Assembly: GCA_963727255.1 (NCBI GenBank)
Contig: CAVSFC010000002.1
Span: forward strand, 448,001-512,000
From: an uncultured bacterium
GTDB taxonomy: Bacteria; Babelota; Babeliae; Babelales; Vermiphilaceae
DNA: 64,000 nt
Reading direction: 5' to 3'
The notes beneath the pieces are model-generated. The model was given only the letters and a program-made list of their open reading frames with translations. It had not been told where the DNA came from and ran no database searches. Positions 42,813 to 54,078 of the stretch are shown piece after piece (the stretch's first letter is position 1; every line of letters begins with the position of its first letter). A program made the translations under genes and the position numbers.

Positions 42813-44037
42813 ATGGCAACTATTAAAAAATTTATACTATTATTTTTTTTCTTGCTCTCCTTCGTTAGCATTCACCAGAATTCAAATTAGGAATAGAAAA
42901 CATTCCCAAAAAATGATATAGCACTATTCTAATAAAAAACTTTCAGTTGACTTAGTTACCAATCAAACCGGTAAAGATCAAAAGGGAAATCGTACCGTTG
43001 ATGTACTCTTAAAAAAAGGATTCAAGATTTCTGCATTATTTGCGCCTGAACATGGCATTGAGGGGAAAATAGAGCTTGAAAGAGATGTAAAAGATGGAAT
43101 TGATATAAAAACAGGAATTCCAGTAATTAGTCTATATAAAAATGGTACGGGAAGAAAAATTGAACCTGAAATGATCAAAAATATTGATGCATTCTTTTTT
43201 GATATTCAAGATTCTGGCATGCGCCATTATACCTATATTTCAACATGTTTATGATTTTGCAGGTAGCTGCCCAAGAAGGAAAGCAAGTAGTGGTATTTGA
43301 TCGGCCTAATCCATTAGGAAAAACGATGGAAGGCCCTCTGGTTGATCCAACCTTAATTTCATTTATTTCAATTGCATCAATTCCTTTGCGGCATGGTATG
43401 ACGGTTGGCGAGCTTGCAGAATATTTTAATTAGCATGTTCTGGAAAAAAAAGCACATCTTATGGTTGTGCCCATGAAAGAATATGATCGGGCATATGGCA
43501 TTGCCGATCTGCATGCGCCCCTTTCGCCCAACATTGCAAGTAAGGCATCTTGCCATGGGTATTGCTTCTTAGGTTTGCTGGGAGAAGTGAGCCCGTTTGA
43601 TGTGGCAGTGGGGACGCCCGATGCATTTCAGGTGATTACATTGCCTGAATCTTTGGCAGTTCCGCAAGCAGTATGGCAACAATTGGCTGCGACAATTAAA
43701 AGCGTATGGTATTAATTGTACCGCATATAAATTTTACTGTGAGCGCAAAAAAGAGACCCATTGTGGATTGAAGCTATCAATGCCAAATATTAATCAAGTG
43801 AATGCGTTTAATGCATTTTTGTCTACCGTTGCTACTATGAAAAAAGCAGGTGTCCCTATCGATTTTAAGCCGATTTTTGATAAAGCAGCCGGCAGCAAAC
43901 AAGTGCGATTATTCCTAATGGGCATCATGACCTATGAAGAAATGATCAACGAAGTTAATAGTGGCCTGCAGGCATTTTTCCAAAAGGCACAATCGGTATT
44001 TAAATATCTGCCGCATCCGGAATTGATATTTAATTAA
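42813..44037 (+). CDS. DUF1343/NamZ exo-beta-N-acetylmuramidase-like protein (frameshifted)
   Basis: VTNQTG, LFAPEHG, FDIQDSGMRHYTYIST, DRPNPLG, PLRHGMTVGELA. Confidence 0.85.
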
Positions 44038-44040
44038 AAT

Positions 44041-44078
44041 AAAAAGCTGGGTGAATTTATGGCTCATCCAGCTTTTAT
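44041..44078. terminator. Bidirectional terminator
   Basis: AAAAGCTGGGTGA/TCATCCAGCTTTT between convergent genes. Confidence 0.65.
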
Positions 44079-44091
44079 TATTTAAATGAAT

Positions 44092-44679
44092 CTATTTAAA
44101 CCATCCGCGAACAGTATCGGCAACTGATGTAAAGAAATCGCGTACTGCATTATAAGCGCGTTCTAAAAAGTTCTCCGGCACGGTTTGGCAGGTGCCCGAT
44201 GCTTCAGTCTCGGCTTTGGCTTCTGGTTTGCCGCCTTTGGCCATTTCTTCTGTTTTTTTTTCCATTGCAGGTTCTGCGCCTTCAGCGCCAGTTGATTTCA
44301 TGCGTGAAACGGTTGAGCTTATCTCATTTTTTAGATTTTCTGAAAATCCTGACGTGCTTGTAACTGGCTTGCCCTTGTTTAAATAGACAAAGGTTGGTAA
44401 TGATTGAACGTTATATTTTTGCACAATGTCTGGGCTGGTATCAGCATCAACTTGCGCAAAAACAACTCCGGCAAATTGCGGATCCTTAGATATATTTTCA
44501 AATGGTTTTTCTGCACGTAAGCAAGCAGGGCACCATTTTGCGCCAACTTTCACTACTGCTGGTTTATTACTATTTAATACTGAGCTCGTAAATTGATCTG
44601 TAGAACTGATGTGAAGAACTTCAGCATTGCATAAAAATGAAGTGCACAAGAAAGCGATCATGCCTTTTGCAAAATTCAT
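44092..44679 (-). CDS. Exported thioredoxin-domain protein
   Basis: WCPAC, SLPTF; signal peptide. Confidence 0.85.
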   Translation of the reverse strand: MNFAKGMIAFLCTSFLCNAEVLHISSTDQFTSSVLNSNKPAVVKVGAKWCPACLRAEKPFENISKDPQFAGVVFAQVDADTSPDIVQKYNVQSLPTFVYLNKGKPVTSTSGFSENLKNEISSTVSRMKSTGAEGAEPAMEKKTEEMAKGGKPEAKAETEASGTCQTVPENFLERAYNAVRDFFTSVADTVRGWFK

Positions 44680-45188
44680 AGATTCTTCCTTTTTTTAGTT
44701 AAGAAGGGGGCATTTATAACGGAGATTATCCTATCATAAAAAAGTGGTGATGTGTCAATAGGTATAAAATTGCTGATAGATTTTTAGAATATTTAAAAAA
44801 TGTTACTTATTAAATGCATAAGAATCGCACAGTATATTGATTGCGCATATCAGGAGATGAATAAAGTGTTCTATTACATGATACTATCACTCTATTTTAT
44901 TTTCAATATGAAAATTGGTTTGGCTCTTACTGAATAAAAAATGATGAATATATAGCTATAAAAAAAATAAAAAAATGATTGATTCTGCGAGATCAAACCG
45001 TTACATTAGGTGATAAGCATTTTAAAAAGCTGTTTCATATAGAAATCATTTTAAAATTTTTTGAAGATTAGTAGAGTTACGGATAGCGTCGTAACATAGA
45101 CGTGATAGAGCCACTTCGTGCCATTTTTTTCTAAAAATAAGAATGAAAAAAGGAAGAATTACGACGGTTGAAAAACGAAAGGGTTGCC

Positions 45189-47810
45189 ATGGAAGCACAA
45201 AGAAATAATATGGAGGTCAAATCGATATGCTGCATTTGGTCGATATGTCAATGAAAAAGAGTTTAATGATAAATGGAGCGCATTGCGCGGGTGAAATCTC
45301 CTGATGGAACATTTTTATCATTTAATGTAAATGAATTGCGTGCTTCTATTGAATGGGCATGTATTGGCCATGAAAAAGAAGTATCAGTTGATTTGATTTT
45401 GCAAGAAGTGATTAATACTATTTTTGATGGTGTTTCTTCGCGTGAAATTGCTGATGCATTAATTATGGCGGCGTCATCATTTATTGAGCGTGATCCGGCA
45501 TATAACTATGTTGCGGCGCAATTATTGCTTAAAAAATTATTTAAAGAAGTAACCGGTACTACCATTCGTTCTGCCGCATATGATCAGCTTATATCGCCAA
45601 TCATTTATTGATAGTATTAAAGAAGGTGTTGCAGGAAGGTGGTCTTGATACGCGATTGCTGGAATTTGATCTTGAATATGCTTGCGCAAGCATTGCATTT
45701 AGAGCGTGATTCATTATTTGAATATATGGGTCTTAAAACACTCAATGAGCGTTATTTTAATAAGATTGAAGGCGAGCGCTTGGAATTGCCGCAAGCATTT
45801 TGGATGCGCGTTGCAATGGGCGTTTCATTGAATGAAGCAAATAAAAATGAAGCGCGCTTGAATTTTATAATCTGATTTCATCCATGCGCTATGTGCCAAG
45901 TACGCCAACATTATTGCATGCAGGGTATGGCGCGCCCGCAATTAAGCTCATGCTTTTTAACCACTGTTGAAGATGATCTTAAAGCATATTTTTAAATGTC
46001 TTAGGTGATAATGCGCAACTTTCAAAATGGTCGGGCGGTGTTGCAAATGATTGGACCAATATTCGTGCAACTGGTGCAATGATTAAAACTATTAAAACAG
46101 AAAGCCAAGGCGTTATTCCATTTCTTAAAAATTGCCAATGATGTAACTGCTGCAATTAATCGCAGTGGAAGTCGCCGTGGTGCAACATGTGTATATCTGG
46201 AAACATGGCATTTGGATTATGAAGATTTTCTTGATTTGCGAAAGAAATACCGGTGATGAACGTCGCCGTACTCATGATATTAATACCGCAAACTGGATTC
46301 CTGATCTTATTTATGAAGCGTGTTGCTCAATGATGAAGAATGGACATTCTTCTCTCCTGAAGAAGTGCCTGATTTGCATCATATTTATGGCAAAGCATTT
46401 GAAGAACGCTATGATGAGTATGAACAAATGGCAGCACGTGGTGAAATTAAAAAATTTAAAAAGATTCGCAAGCAACAGCATTATGGCGTAAAATGTTGAG
46501 CCGTTTATTTGAAACGGGTCATCCATGGATCACATTTAAAGATCCTTGCAATATTCGTTCTCCGCAAGATCATGTTGGCGTTGTGCATTCATCAAATTTA
46601 TGCACAGAAATTACGCTCAATACTTCAGCAGAAGAAACAGCGGTATGTAATTTAGGTTCGGTTAATCTTAGCGAGCATATTGTTGATGGCAAACTTGATG
46701 AAGCAAATGCTTGCAACAAACAATTGACACTTGCAATGCGTATGCTTGATAATGTGATTGATATTAATTTTTATCCAACCATTGAAGCGCAAAATGCAAA
46801 CTTCCGCCATCGCCCGGTTGGTCTTGGCATTATGGGATTTCAAGATGCATTGTATAAACTTGATATTACATTTTGCATCGCGCAAGCGCATTGAAGTTTC
46901 TGATGATATTATGGAAACGGTTTCATATTATGCAATTCTTGCTTCATCCAATTAGCAAAAGAACGCGGTGCATATGCAATCATATAAAGGTTCAAAATGG
47001 GATCGTAATATTTTCCCGCAAGATACCCTTGCATTTGCTTGAGCAAGAGCGCGGTATAGCAATTCCGATAATCAAAGACGTGGCAAACTTGATTGGACTC
47101 CAGTGCGCGAGCATGTGAAAGAATATGGCATGCGTAATTCAAATTGCTATGGCAATTGCACCAACGGCAACCATTTCTAATATTGTTGGCTGCTTCCCGT
47201 GCATTGAGCCGATTTATAAAAATCTTTATGTAAAAGCAAATATGAGTGGTGAATTTACCGTCGTTAATAAATATCTTGGTAGAAGATTTGAAAAAGCTTG
47301 GGCTTTGGGATCAAGAGATGCTTGAGCTGCTCAAATATTATGATGGCAGTTTGCAGATGATTGAAAGAATTCCAGCATCACTTAAAAGAAAAATATAAAG
47401 AAGTATTTGAAATTGATCCTGAATGGCTGATTGAAATTACGGCAGCGCGTGGCAAATGGATTGATCAAAGTCAATCACATAATGTGTTTATGAAAGGTGT
47501 TTCAGGCAAAAAGCTGAATGATATTTATATTACAGCATGGAAGCTGGACTTAAAGACAACCTATTATTTGCGCACATTGGTGCATCTCAGATTGAAAAAT
47601 CAACGCTTGATGCAAAGAAATATGGGTTTACGCAAAAGCGTGAATATGGATCAGCGAGATACCAAGCATGCAATGCTGCAACTGATATCGAAGTAGCCAA
47701 TCAATGAATGCAGCAGCATCTGCAAGTGGTAGATGAGCGAGAGCTCAGTCTGCATGATGAGTTCATGTTCATATTTCGATCAGATCCTGAGTGTGAATGT
47801 TATGTCAATA
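45189..47810 (+). CDS. nrdA: Ribonucleotide reductase class I alpha subunit (many frameshifts)
   Basis: [48 protein letters not shown]. Confidence 0.93.
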
Positions 47811-47833
47811 ATATAAAGATATAAGGAATAACT

Positions 47834-48841
47834 ATGGCAAAAAAAGGTATTATTAAATAATTCAGCAGTTGATCCGAATAAAATTTTACCAATGAGCTAT
47901 CTATGGGCGCGCCAACATTATAAAGATGGTGTTGCAAATAATTGGACCCCAGAAGAAGTTTCAATGCAAAAAGATATTGAGCAATGGAAATCACCGACGG
48001 TGTTAACTGAAACAGAACGCCGCATAATACTTTATAATCTGGGTTTTTTTTCAACGGCAGAATCATTAACCGCAAATAATTTGGTGCTTGCAGTCTATAA
48101 ACATGTTACCAATCCTGAATGCCGCCAATATTTATTGCGTCAGGCATTTGAAGAAGCGGTACATACCGATACCTTTATTTATTGTTGCGATTCATTTGGG
48201 CTTAGATCCTGATGAAATTTATAATATGTATCAAACTATTCCTTCAATTAAAGAGAAAGATGATTTTGTGATTCAATTAACCACATCAATCTTTGATCCT
48301 AATTTTACACCGAATGGCATTGCCAAATATTCAACAATTTTTACATGATCTGATTGGATATTATGTGATCATGGAAGGAATCTTCTTCTATGCCGGTTTT
48401 GCAATGATGTTGCATTAAAGCGTCAAGGTAAAATGGTTGGTATTGGTGAACAGTTTGAATATATTATGCGTGATGAAAGTCTTCATCTTGGCATTTGGTT
48501 GTGATTTAATCAATACGATTAAAGCAGAAAATCCCGCAAGTATGGACGCCTGAATTCCAAGAAGATATTGTTGAACTGATTAAACAAGCAGTTATTCTTG
48601 AAAAAAAATATGCAATTGATGCGTGCCCGCAAGGGGTGCTTGGCATTAATCCGCAACAATTTTGCGAATATGTGGAATATATTGCTGATCGCCGCTTAGA
48701 ACGAATTGATTTGCCAAAAGTATATGGCACCAAAATCCATTCCCATGGATGTCGCAAGCGATTGATTTGAATAAAGAAAAGAATTTCTTTGAAACACGGG
48801 TGACCGAATATCAAACAGCCGGTTCACTTGAATGGGAATAA
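47834..48841 (+). CDS. nrdB: Ribonucleotide reductase beta subunit, class Ic signature (frameshifts)
   Basis: [44 protein letters not shown]. Confidence 0.92.
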
Positions 48842-48865
48842 GATACAGAGTCTTTTAAAAAGAAT

Positions 48866-48892
48866 AGGGCGGGCTTCAACCCGCCTTTTCTA
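48866..48892 (+). terminator. Intrinsic terminator
   Basis: GGCGGG-CTTCAA-CCCGCC followed by TTTT. Confidence 0.75.
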
Positions 48893-49072
48893 TTTGTAAC
48901 ATTTAAGCTATTTGTGAACTGGTTGTTTTTCTAATCGATTGCCGATTTAAAAATGTTTTAGCCGCTCTTAAATGGTATAAAAACAAATTCTCCCTCATTT
49001 ATTGATTTTCATGTTTGTAATTATTTATTCTTGATTTGAATAGACAGTTCAATTTTTAGAGGGAATAGGGAA

Positions 49073-49924
49073 ATGAAGATTTATATACTATTTTTTAGCG
49101 TTATCTGTTTGCTGCTCAATGGGATGGAGCGAGTGTCTTCTGAAAAAGGGAATCTTAATAATAAAAAAGTTAAAAAAAGTAATGATAACAGTTCGTCGAG
49201 CGCTTCACCTTTTGATTCAATCGCTCTTGATCAGCAAATCAAAAAGAAATATTATGTGAGTAATGAACAAGAGCTCAATGATTTATTTAAACAGCATGGA
49301 ATATCCCTTGATGATATAGAACAAAAACGTGTATCGGTCGTATTGAAATCGCCTTCTGATGATATTCTGCCAAAGCTCGATTTAAAAGCTATAGATAAAA
49401 AAGAAAGTAAGGATCTCGAAAAAGGAGAAGCCGCATTATTATCTAAAAAAGATCTTGAAGAGACAGTAGATTTTTATGCAAAATTAACAGAGCAAGATAT
49501 TTCAAAAATTAAAAATAGATTAGTTGAGCTGCTGGTGGGCATACATAAAAATCCCTCAGAAACTCCCAAAAATATCTCTGATCCTGAAAAAAATGGAAAA
49601 ATACAAAAAGGAGTTCAGGCGTTGCGAAAAGCGACTCTTGAGCAGAAAAATGTAGGCACACATCGGGAACAAATTGCTAAGAAGAGTCCGCTTGTTGCTC
49701 AAGTAACGCGTGACCCAAAACCCAAAGAATTAGTTGCAAATACAGATCCTGATATTCAGGATAATCTTTCTGAGATTAACACTGTGGTTAATAAGTTATT
49801 GAATGATAAATTAACAGAATCGCAGGGAAATACAAAATTTGCAGCAATTTGCGGGATTATAGGCACCTTGGGTTCTTCGGCTATTACCGCAGGCTTTACC
49901 TATTTGGCAACGAAAAAACATTGA
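49073..49924 (+). CDS. Exported Lys-rich protein with C-terminal TM
   Basis: Signal ...LLNGMER. Confidence 0.6.
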   Translation: MKIYILFFSVICLLLNGMERVSSEKGNLNNKKVKKSNDNSSSSASPFDSIALDQQIKKKYYVSNEQELNDLFKQHGISLDDIEQKRVSVVLKSPSDDILPKLDLKAIDKKESKDLEKGEAALLSKKDLEETVDFYAKLTEQDISKIKNRLVELLVGIHKNPSETPKNISDPEKNGKIQKGVQALRKATLEQKNVGTHREQIAKKSPLVAQVTRDPKPKELVANTDPDIQDNLSEINTVVNKLLNDKLTESQGNTKFAAICGIIGTLGSSAITAGFTYLATKKH

Positions 49925-49926
49925 GG

Positions 49927-50352
49927 TTAATTTAATTGTAAAAGAGCCTCTTGTAGAATTTTCTTGAGACTTTTTTTATCATGATACCCGTATAAAGTAA
50001 CCAATGGTTTGCCATCAAGAAAAATGATAAGCGTTGGCAACGTTGAGATATGATATCGCGCTGAAAGCGCGCGTTGTTCATCAGTATTTACTTCGATAAA
50101 CAATACTTGATCGAGATCATTATCTTGCGCTAGCGCTTCGATAACTTTATGCATTTGCCTGCATGGGCCGCACCAGTCCGCAAAAAAATCAACTAAAATA
50201 AGATCATAACGCTCCAGCATGAGTTCAAAATTTTCGATAGTACCCGGTCTGAATATTTTACCGCGAATGGGTTCTTGCCCACCATAGCAAATGGTGGCTT
50301 GAACAAAGAAAAGAAAAGCAAAAAAATTTATTATAAATAGGCGAAACTTCAT
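49927..50352 (-). CDS. Thioredoxin with signal peptide
   Basis: VDFFADWCGPC, STLPT. Confidence 0.88.
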   Translation of the reverse strand: MKFRLFIINFFAFLFFVQATICYGGQEPIRGKIFRPGTIENFELMLERYDLILVDFFADWCGPCRQMHKVIEALAQDNDLDQVLFIEVNTDEQRALSARYHISTLPTLIIFLDGKPLVTLYGYHDKKSLKKILQEALLQLN

Positions 50353-50456
50353 GATGGTGGCTCCTAAATTTAAAATCTGATTATAAAAATACTGGTTCGT
50401 GGTGCCGATTGTCAAATCTGCTGCAAACTTCCTTGCAGAATGCATTTAGTTTTTAT

Positions 50457-50526
50457 TATCCTTCGATGGTAGCGAAAGAAAAAACCATCCATGGTCAAGA
50501 GCGTCTTTAGGCGCATCTGGAACCAT
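50457..50526. repeat. Degenerate family-A repeat upstream of glk
   Basis: ATCCTTCGA...CCATGGTCAAGAGCGTCTTTAGGCGCATCTGGAACCA. Confidence 0.4.
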
Positions 50527-50544
50527 TAAATAAAAGAGTTTTCA

Positions 50545-51603
50545 ATGATGCCCTTGAAAGAAGTTGTATATGTACCTTCAGTGCCTGAGCATGTTAGAGC
50601 AATTTTAGTGAGCGATATTGGTGGAACCAATAGTAATTTTGGCATTTCTCAATTAATCGATAGCAAGTATCAATTATTGGTTTCATTGCATGCAAAAAGT
50701 AAAGAAGTTACCAATTTTGCAGATCTCATCGCCGAAGTGCTCGCATACATAAAAGATAAATATAATATCGAGATTAAGCGCGCATGCTTGGCAGCAGCGG
50801 GACCCATTAGCCAAGATCGAACCTTTGTGAAACCGACCAATTTAACGGTCGCACTAGATACTAAAGAAATTTGCAAGAAAGCAAATCTGGATTGTGCATT
50901 TTTAGTAAATGATTTTGAAGTCATCGGTTATGGAATTGAACGCCTCGATCCTAAAAATTTGGTTGCGGTTAATGCAGGGCAGCCCCAAAAATATGCGCAC
51001 AAAGCAATCATAGGTGCCGGTACCGGGCTTGGCAAGTGCATTATGTTTTATAATGCACCCATCGGCCACTATGTACCGATTGCCTCTGAAGGCGGGCATG
51101 CGGATTTTGCTCCGTTGCATCAGCGGGAACTTGATTTGACTAAATATATTCAAAAATATGAAAACTGGACCTGCAATATTTCGTGGGAGGACTTGCTTTC
51201 GGGCAATGGTATTCAGCGCATTTATCATTTCCTGCGCCATTCAGATGAGAAGCAAAAAGTTAATAAACAAACAAGTGTACATGGCCCACGTCCGGATGAA
51301 ATCTTCAAAAATCGGCTGCTAGATCATTATTGTTGGGAAACATTTGAATGGTATACCACCTTTTATGCACGCTGTGCAAAAAATTTTGCACTCGATTCGC
51401 TCGCACTTGGCGGTATTTATATTTGCGGTGGCATCGCCGCAAAAAATTTGGAACTATTCCAACTGCCCGCATTCAAGAATGAATTTTTTAATTGCGGCAA
51501 ACAGGCAGAGCTAATCAAGCAGATTCCGATTTATGTAATCACTGATTATAATGTGAGCCTCTATGGCGCCGCAGAATATATGATGCTTGAAGGGTTATGC
51601 TGA
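50545..51603 (+). CDS. glk: Glucokinase (Glk family)
   Basis: DIGGTNS, AAAGP, VNDF, GAGTGLG, SEGGH.DF, GGIA. Confidence 0.93.
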   Translation: MMPLKEVVYVPSVPEHVRAILVSDIGGTNSNFGISQLIDSKYQLLVSLHAKSKEVTNFADLIAEVLAYIKDKYNIEIKRACLAAAGPISQDRTFVKPTNLTVALDTKEICKKANLDCAFLVNDFEVIGYGIERLDPKNLVAVNAGQPQKYAHKAIIGAGTGLGKCIMFYNAPIGHYVPIASEGGHADFAPLHQRELDLTKYIQKYENWTCNISWEDLLSGNGIQRIYHFLRHSDEKQKVNKQTSVHGPRPDEIFKNRLLDHYCWETFEWYTTFYARCAKNFALDSLALGGIYICGGIAAKNLELFQLPAFKNEFFNCGKQAELIKQIPIYVITDYNVSLYGAAEYMMLEGLC

Positions 51604-51609
51604 TCTTAT

Positions 51610-52332
51610 CTAATAGCTTGAAGCATTATGGGCCATCTTAAATAGTTTGTTTGCATAGTAAAAACAATAAAATGCTCCAAAAAAACAATAAGTGCTTGAT
51701 AACAACCTTTCTTGTCGAGCTTGTGAGCATTCACTCTGATAAGTTGGCCATGGTTGTATGCATTTTTTAATTTTTATTAAGATTGTTTTTAGCCCGTCAA
51801 CTCTATCAATTAGTGCTTGAGAGTAAATTGGTACATTTGTATTAAACATTTCATTTTTATTTTTTTGAAAGAAACGATCAAACCTGTAAGAGTCTAAGTG
51901 CCAAATATGCTGTTCAATTTCTTCACGAAGCAATGCCCATGGTTGATGAGGCACCCCAGCTTCAAAGAGCATAGATAAAGGGCCTCTCTTACTAATTATT
52001 TCTTCATAATGTTCAATTAGTTCTTGTCTGAACGAGTTAAGCTGTTCTTCGTTTGTTTGCTCAGTTAAGAATAGCAAATTACTTATTCTATTTTCTAAAA
52101 ATGAAAGGTATTCTTCCGGAGTTTTATATTCATATTTATTATATAGATACGGACAATTTTGAAATGATGTGCAAGCACTTAAAATACCTAATACAATCAT
52201 CCCAAAACCCATAGAAATGTTAATTTTTGATTCAACGTTTGCATTTGCCGAAAAAGAAAACAGCAGCACAGCTGTTAATAAACTTGTTGTTATCTTTCTT
52301 TGTACCAATCTTGAGACAATTTTATTTTTCAT
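51610..52332 (-). CDS. Hypothetical membrane/exported protein
   Basis: 240 aa ORF. Confidence 0.5.
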   Translation of the reverse strand: MKNKIVSRLVQRKITTSLLTAVLLFSFSANANVESKINISMGFGMIVLGILSACTSFQNCPYLYNKYEYKTPEEYLSFLENRISNLLFLTEQTNEEQLNSFRQELIEHYEEIISKRGPLSMLFEAGVPHQPWALLREEIEQHIWHLDSYRFDRFFQKNKNEMFNTNVPIYSQALIDRVDGLKTILIKIKKCIQPWPTYQSECSQARQERLLSSTYCFFGAFYCFYYANKLFKMAHNASSY

Positions 52333-52389
52333 AATCTGACACCATTAACAATATCATCTTAGGAACCCTATTATTTATTGTGAAGAGTT

Positions 52390-53536
52390 TTATTTTACAA
52401 TTCCAGAGAAAAATTTAACGATAGGTATAATTTTTTCTTCACAAAAATTTTTCCATCCGCCATGCCGTTGAGCTACCTGATCTAAATTGTTTGCTGCTAC
52501 TGCCACGCCGCATGCGATGCCTGTTGATATCCCGGCTTTTTCCAAATTACTCAAAGATCGTACTGAAGGTTCTTCTTTCTTTTTTTCAATTAGCTTCTTA
52601 TTTGTGCCATATTCTTTAATTGATTGTTCTAAATCTTTTTGTTTAATTTTTTCTTTCCGCTCAGTTGCAATCTCTGATGCTGAAATAACAAGATCCTGGA
52701 TGATTCGAACATCATTGAATTCTATTAAACTAGCTATTGTTTTCTCACATTTTTGATCACAATTGTTAGGAACTTTATTTTTGCTCAGACAATAATGTAA
52801 AACACGTTGTCGAAAAATATTCTCATTGGTCGGTTTAATTTCATAAATTCGGTTGCCAAATCTACTTTCTATCTGGGGTGCCATGTCAGAACAGTCATTT
52901 GTTATCCCAATGATTATAAGATTTTTATTTTTTTTGCAGTCGTCCATTAGAAGCCAAAAAGTTTCTGCAGTGCCGGGATCGGGTTCATTAATTTTTTTAT
53001 AGCCATCGGTATACCGATGAAATTCATCGATAGCTACCAAAGTTGGTTTTTCAATATTCATAAAAATATCAAAAAATTCTCTTAATTGCTCTGGCCCAGA
53101 ATTTTTAAGTTGGTCTGCGGTGTAAGGTGCTTTGAGCATAATAAAATCAACATTCGCATCTTCGGCAATTGCTTGAACAATGGTGGTTTTGCCGCTTCCG
53201 GGAATGCCTGTGAAAATAGCTGAAGATGGCATTGTGCAATTATCGGGATTTTGTGCGTAATTTTTAATATTTTCGACTAATCTCTTAACAGGATTAGGAG
53301 CAAGATCAAGAACTAAAGCTTTTAGCTCAGGATCTAATTTTTCATGTTCACATTTAAGACTCGAAGTTGTTTGTTTTTTGTTATTATCAATTTGTTTAGA
53401 GGCTTTTAGTTGTTCATTATATCGATTAAAGAGTCGATCATGATCAGAATTCATATCATTGAGTATTTTGTTGTTCGGTAGTTGCTTGTAGTTTTAAACC
53501 GATGATGCATAAACTAAGTAGACGAATTAGTTTCAT
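52390..53536 (-). CDS. AAA+ ATPase with probable signal peptide (5' frameshift)
   Basis: GIPGSGKT Walker A, VAIDE Walker B, ITN, ESRF; upstream MKLIRLLSLCIIG. Confidence 0.75.
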
Positions 53537-53634
53537 AGATGCCCTTTCTGCTTGTTGAAATATTGGAGACCAATACTACAAAGTTGGAACGAAAAATCGA
53601 GTGATTGTTTAAGTTGGATTCCTTGATTGGTTGA

Positions 53635-54036
53635 TTACTCATTATGGAAAATTTCTGGCCCACTATCATTAGCAATATCAATCATGCAATTTATTGTGAA
53701 AATACAAAAATGTTTTAAATTATACACCTCATACATTTCACCTGATTGTTTCTTTAGCCATTCTAAATACTCTGAGTTTTCAATTTTAAAAAATGACCAA
53801 TCAGTATAAAAGGTTTTTGAATAATTTTTTTCTAGGAAATCAAGAGTGTCATAGATAAAACTTTCATCAGTGCTTCGATAAGCAAAAACCGAGTTTGGAA
53901 ATGAGACTAAAATCTTTTTTCCAGAGTTATCAAATAAATTTACTTTAAATCCTTCAGGAGTATCGATGATTGATTTTGTATAATAATTGGTCGATAAGTT
54001 TGCAGCAGGTTCCCAACGAATCCATTTTTCTTGCAT
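53635..54036 (-). CDS. Hypothetical protein, immunity-like (paralog 1)
   Basis: MQEKWIRWEP..YY..SIID..GFK..; close paralog adjacent. Confidence 0.6.
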   Translation of the reverse strand: MQEKWIRWEPAANLSTNYYTKSIIDTPEGFKVNLFDNSGKKILVSFPNSVFAYRSTDESFIYDTLDFLEKNYSKTFYTDWSFFKIENSEYLEWLKKQSGEMYEVYNLKHFCIFTINCMIDIANDSGPEIFHNE

Positions 54037-54078
54037 GGTATTCCTTTCTTGAATTTTTTTGAGACAAACTTTATGCTT

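Noticed and set aside
45000..45130. Cobalamin riboswitch upstream of nrdA
   Set aside because: Only a GCCAC word and one hairpin; the GGGAA core and B12 box are missing.
45189..48841. nrdAB as true pseudogenes, or containing introns/inteins
   Set aside because: Lengths are normal and motifs intact; single-base indels explain the breaks.
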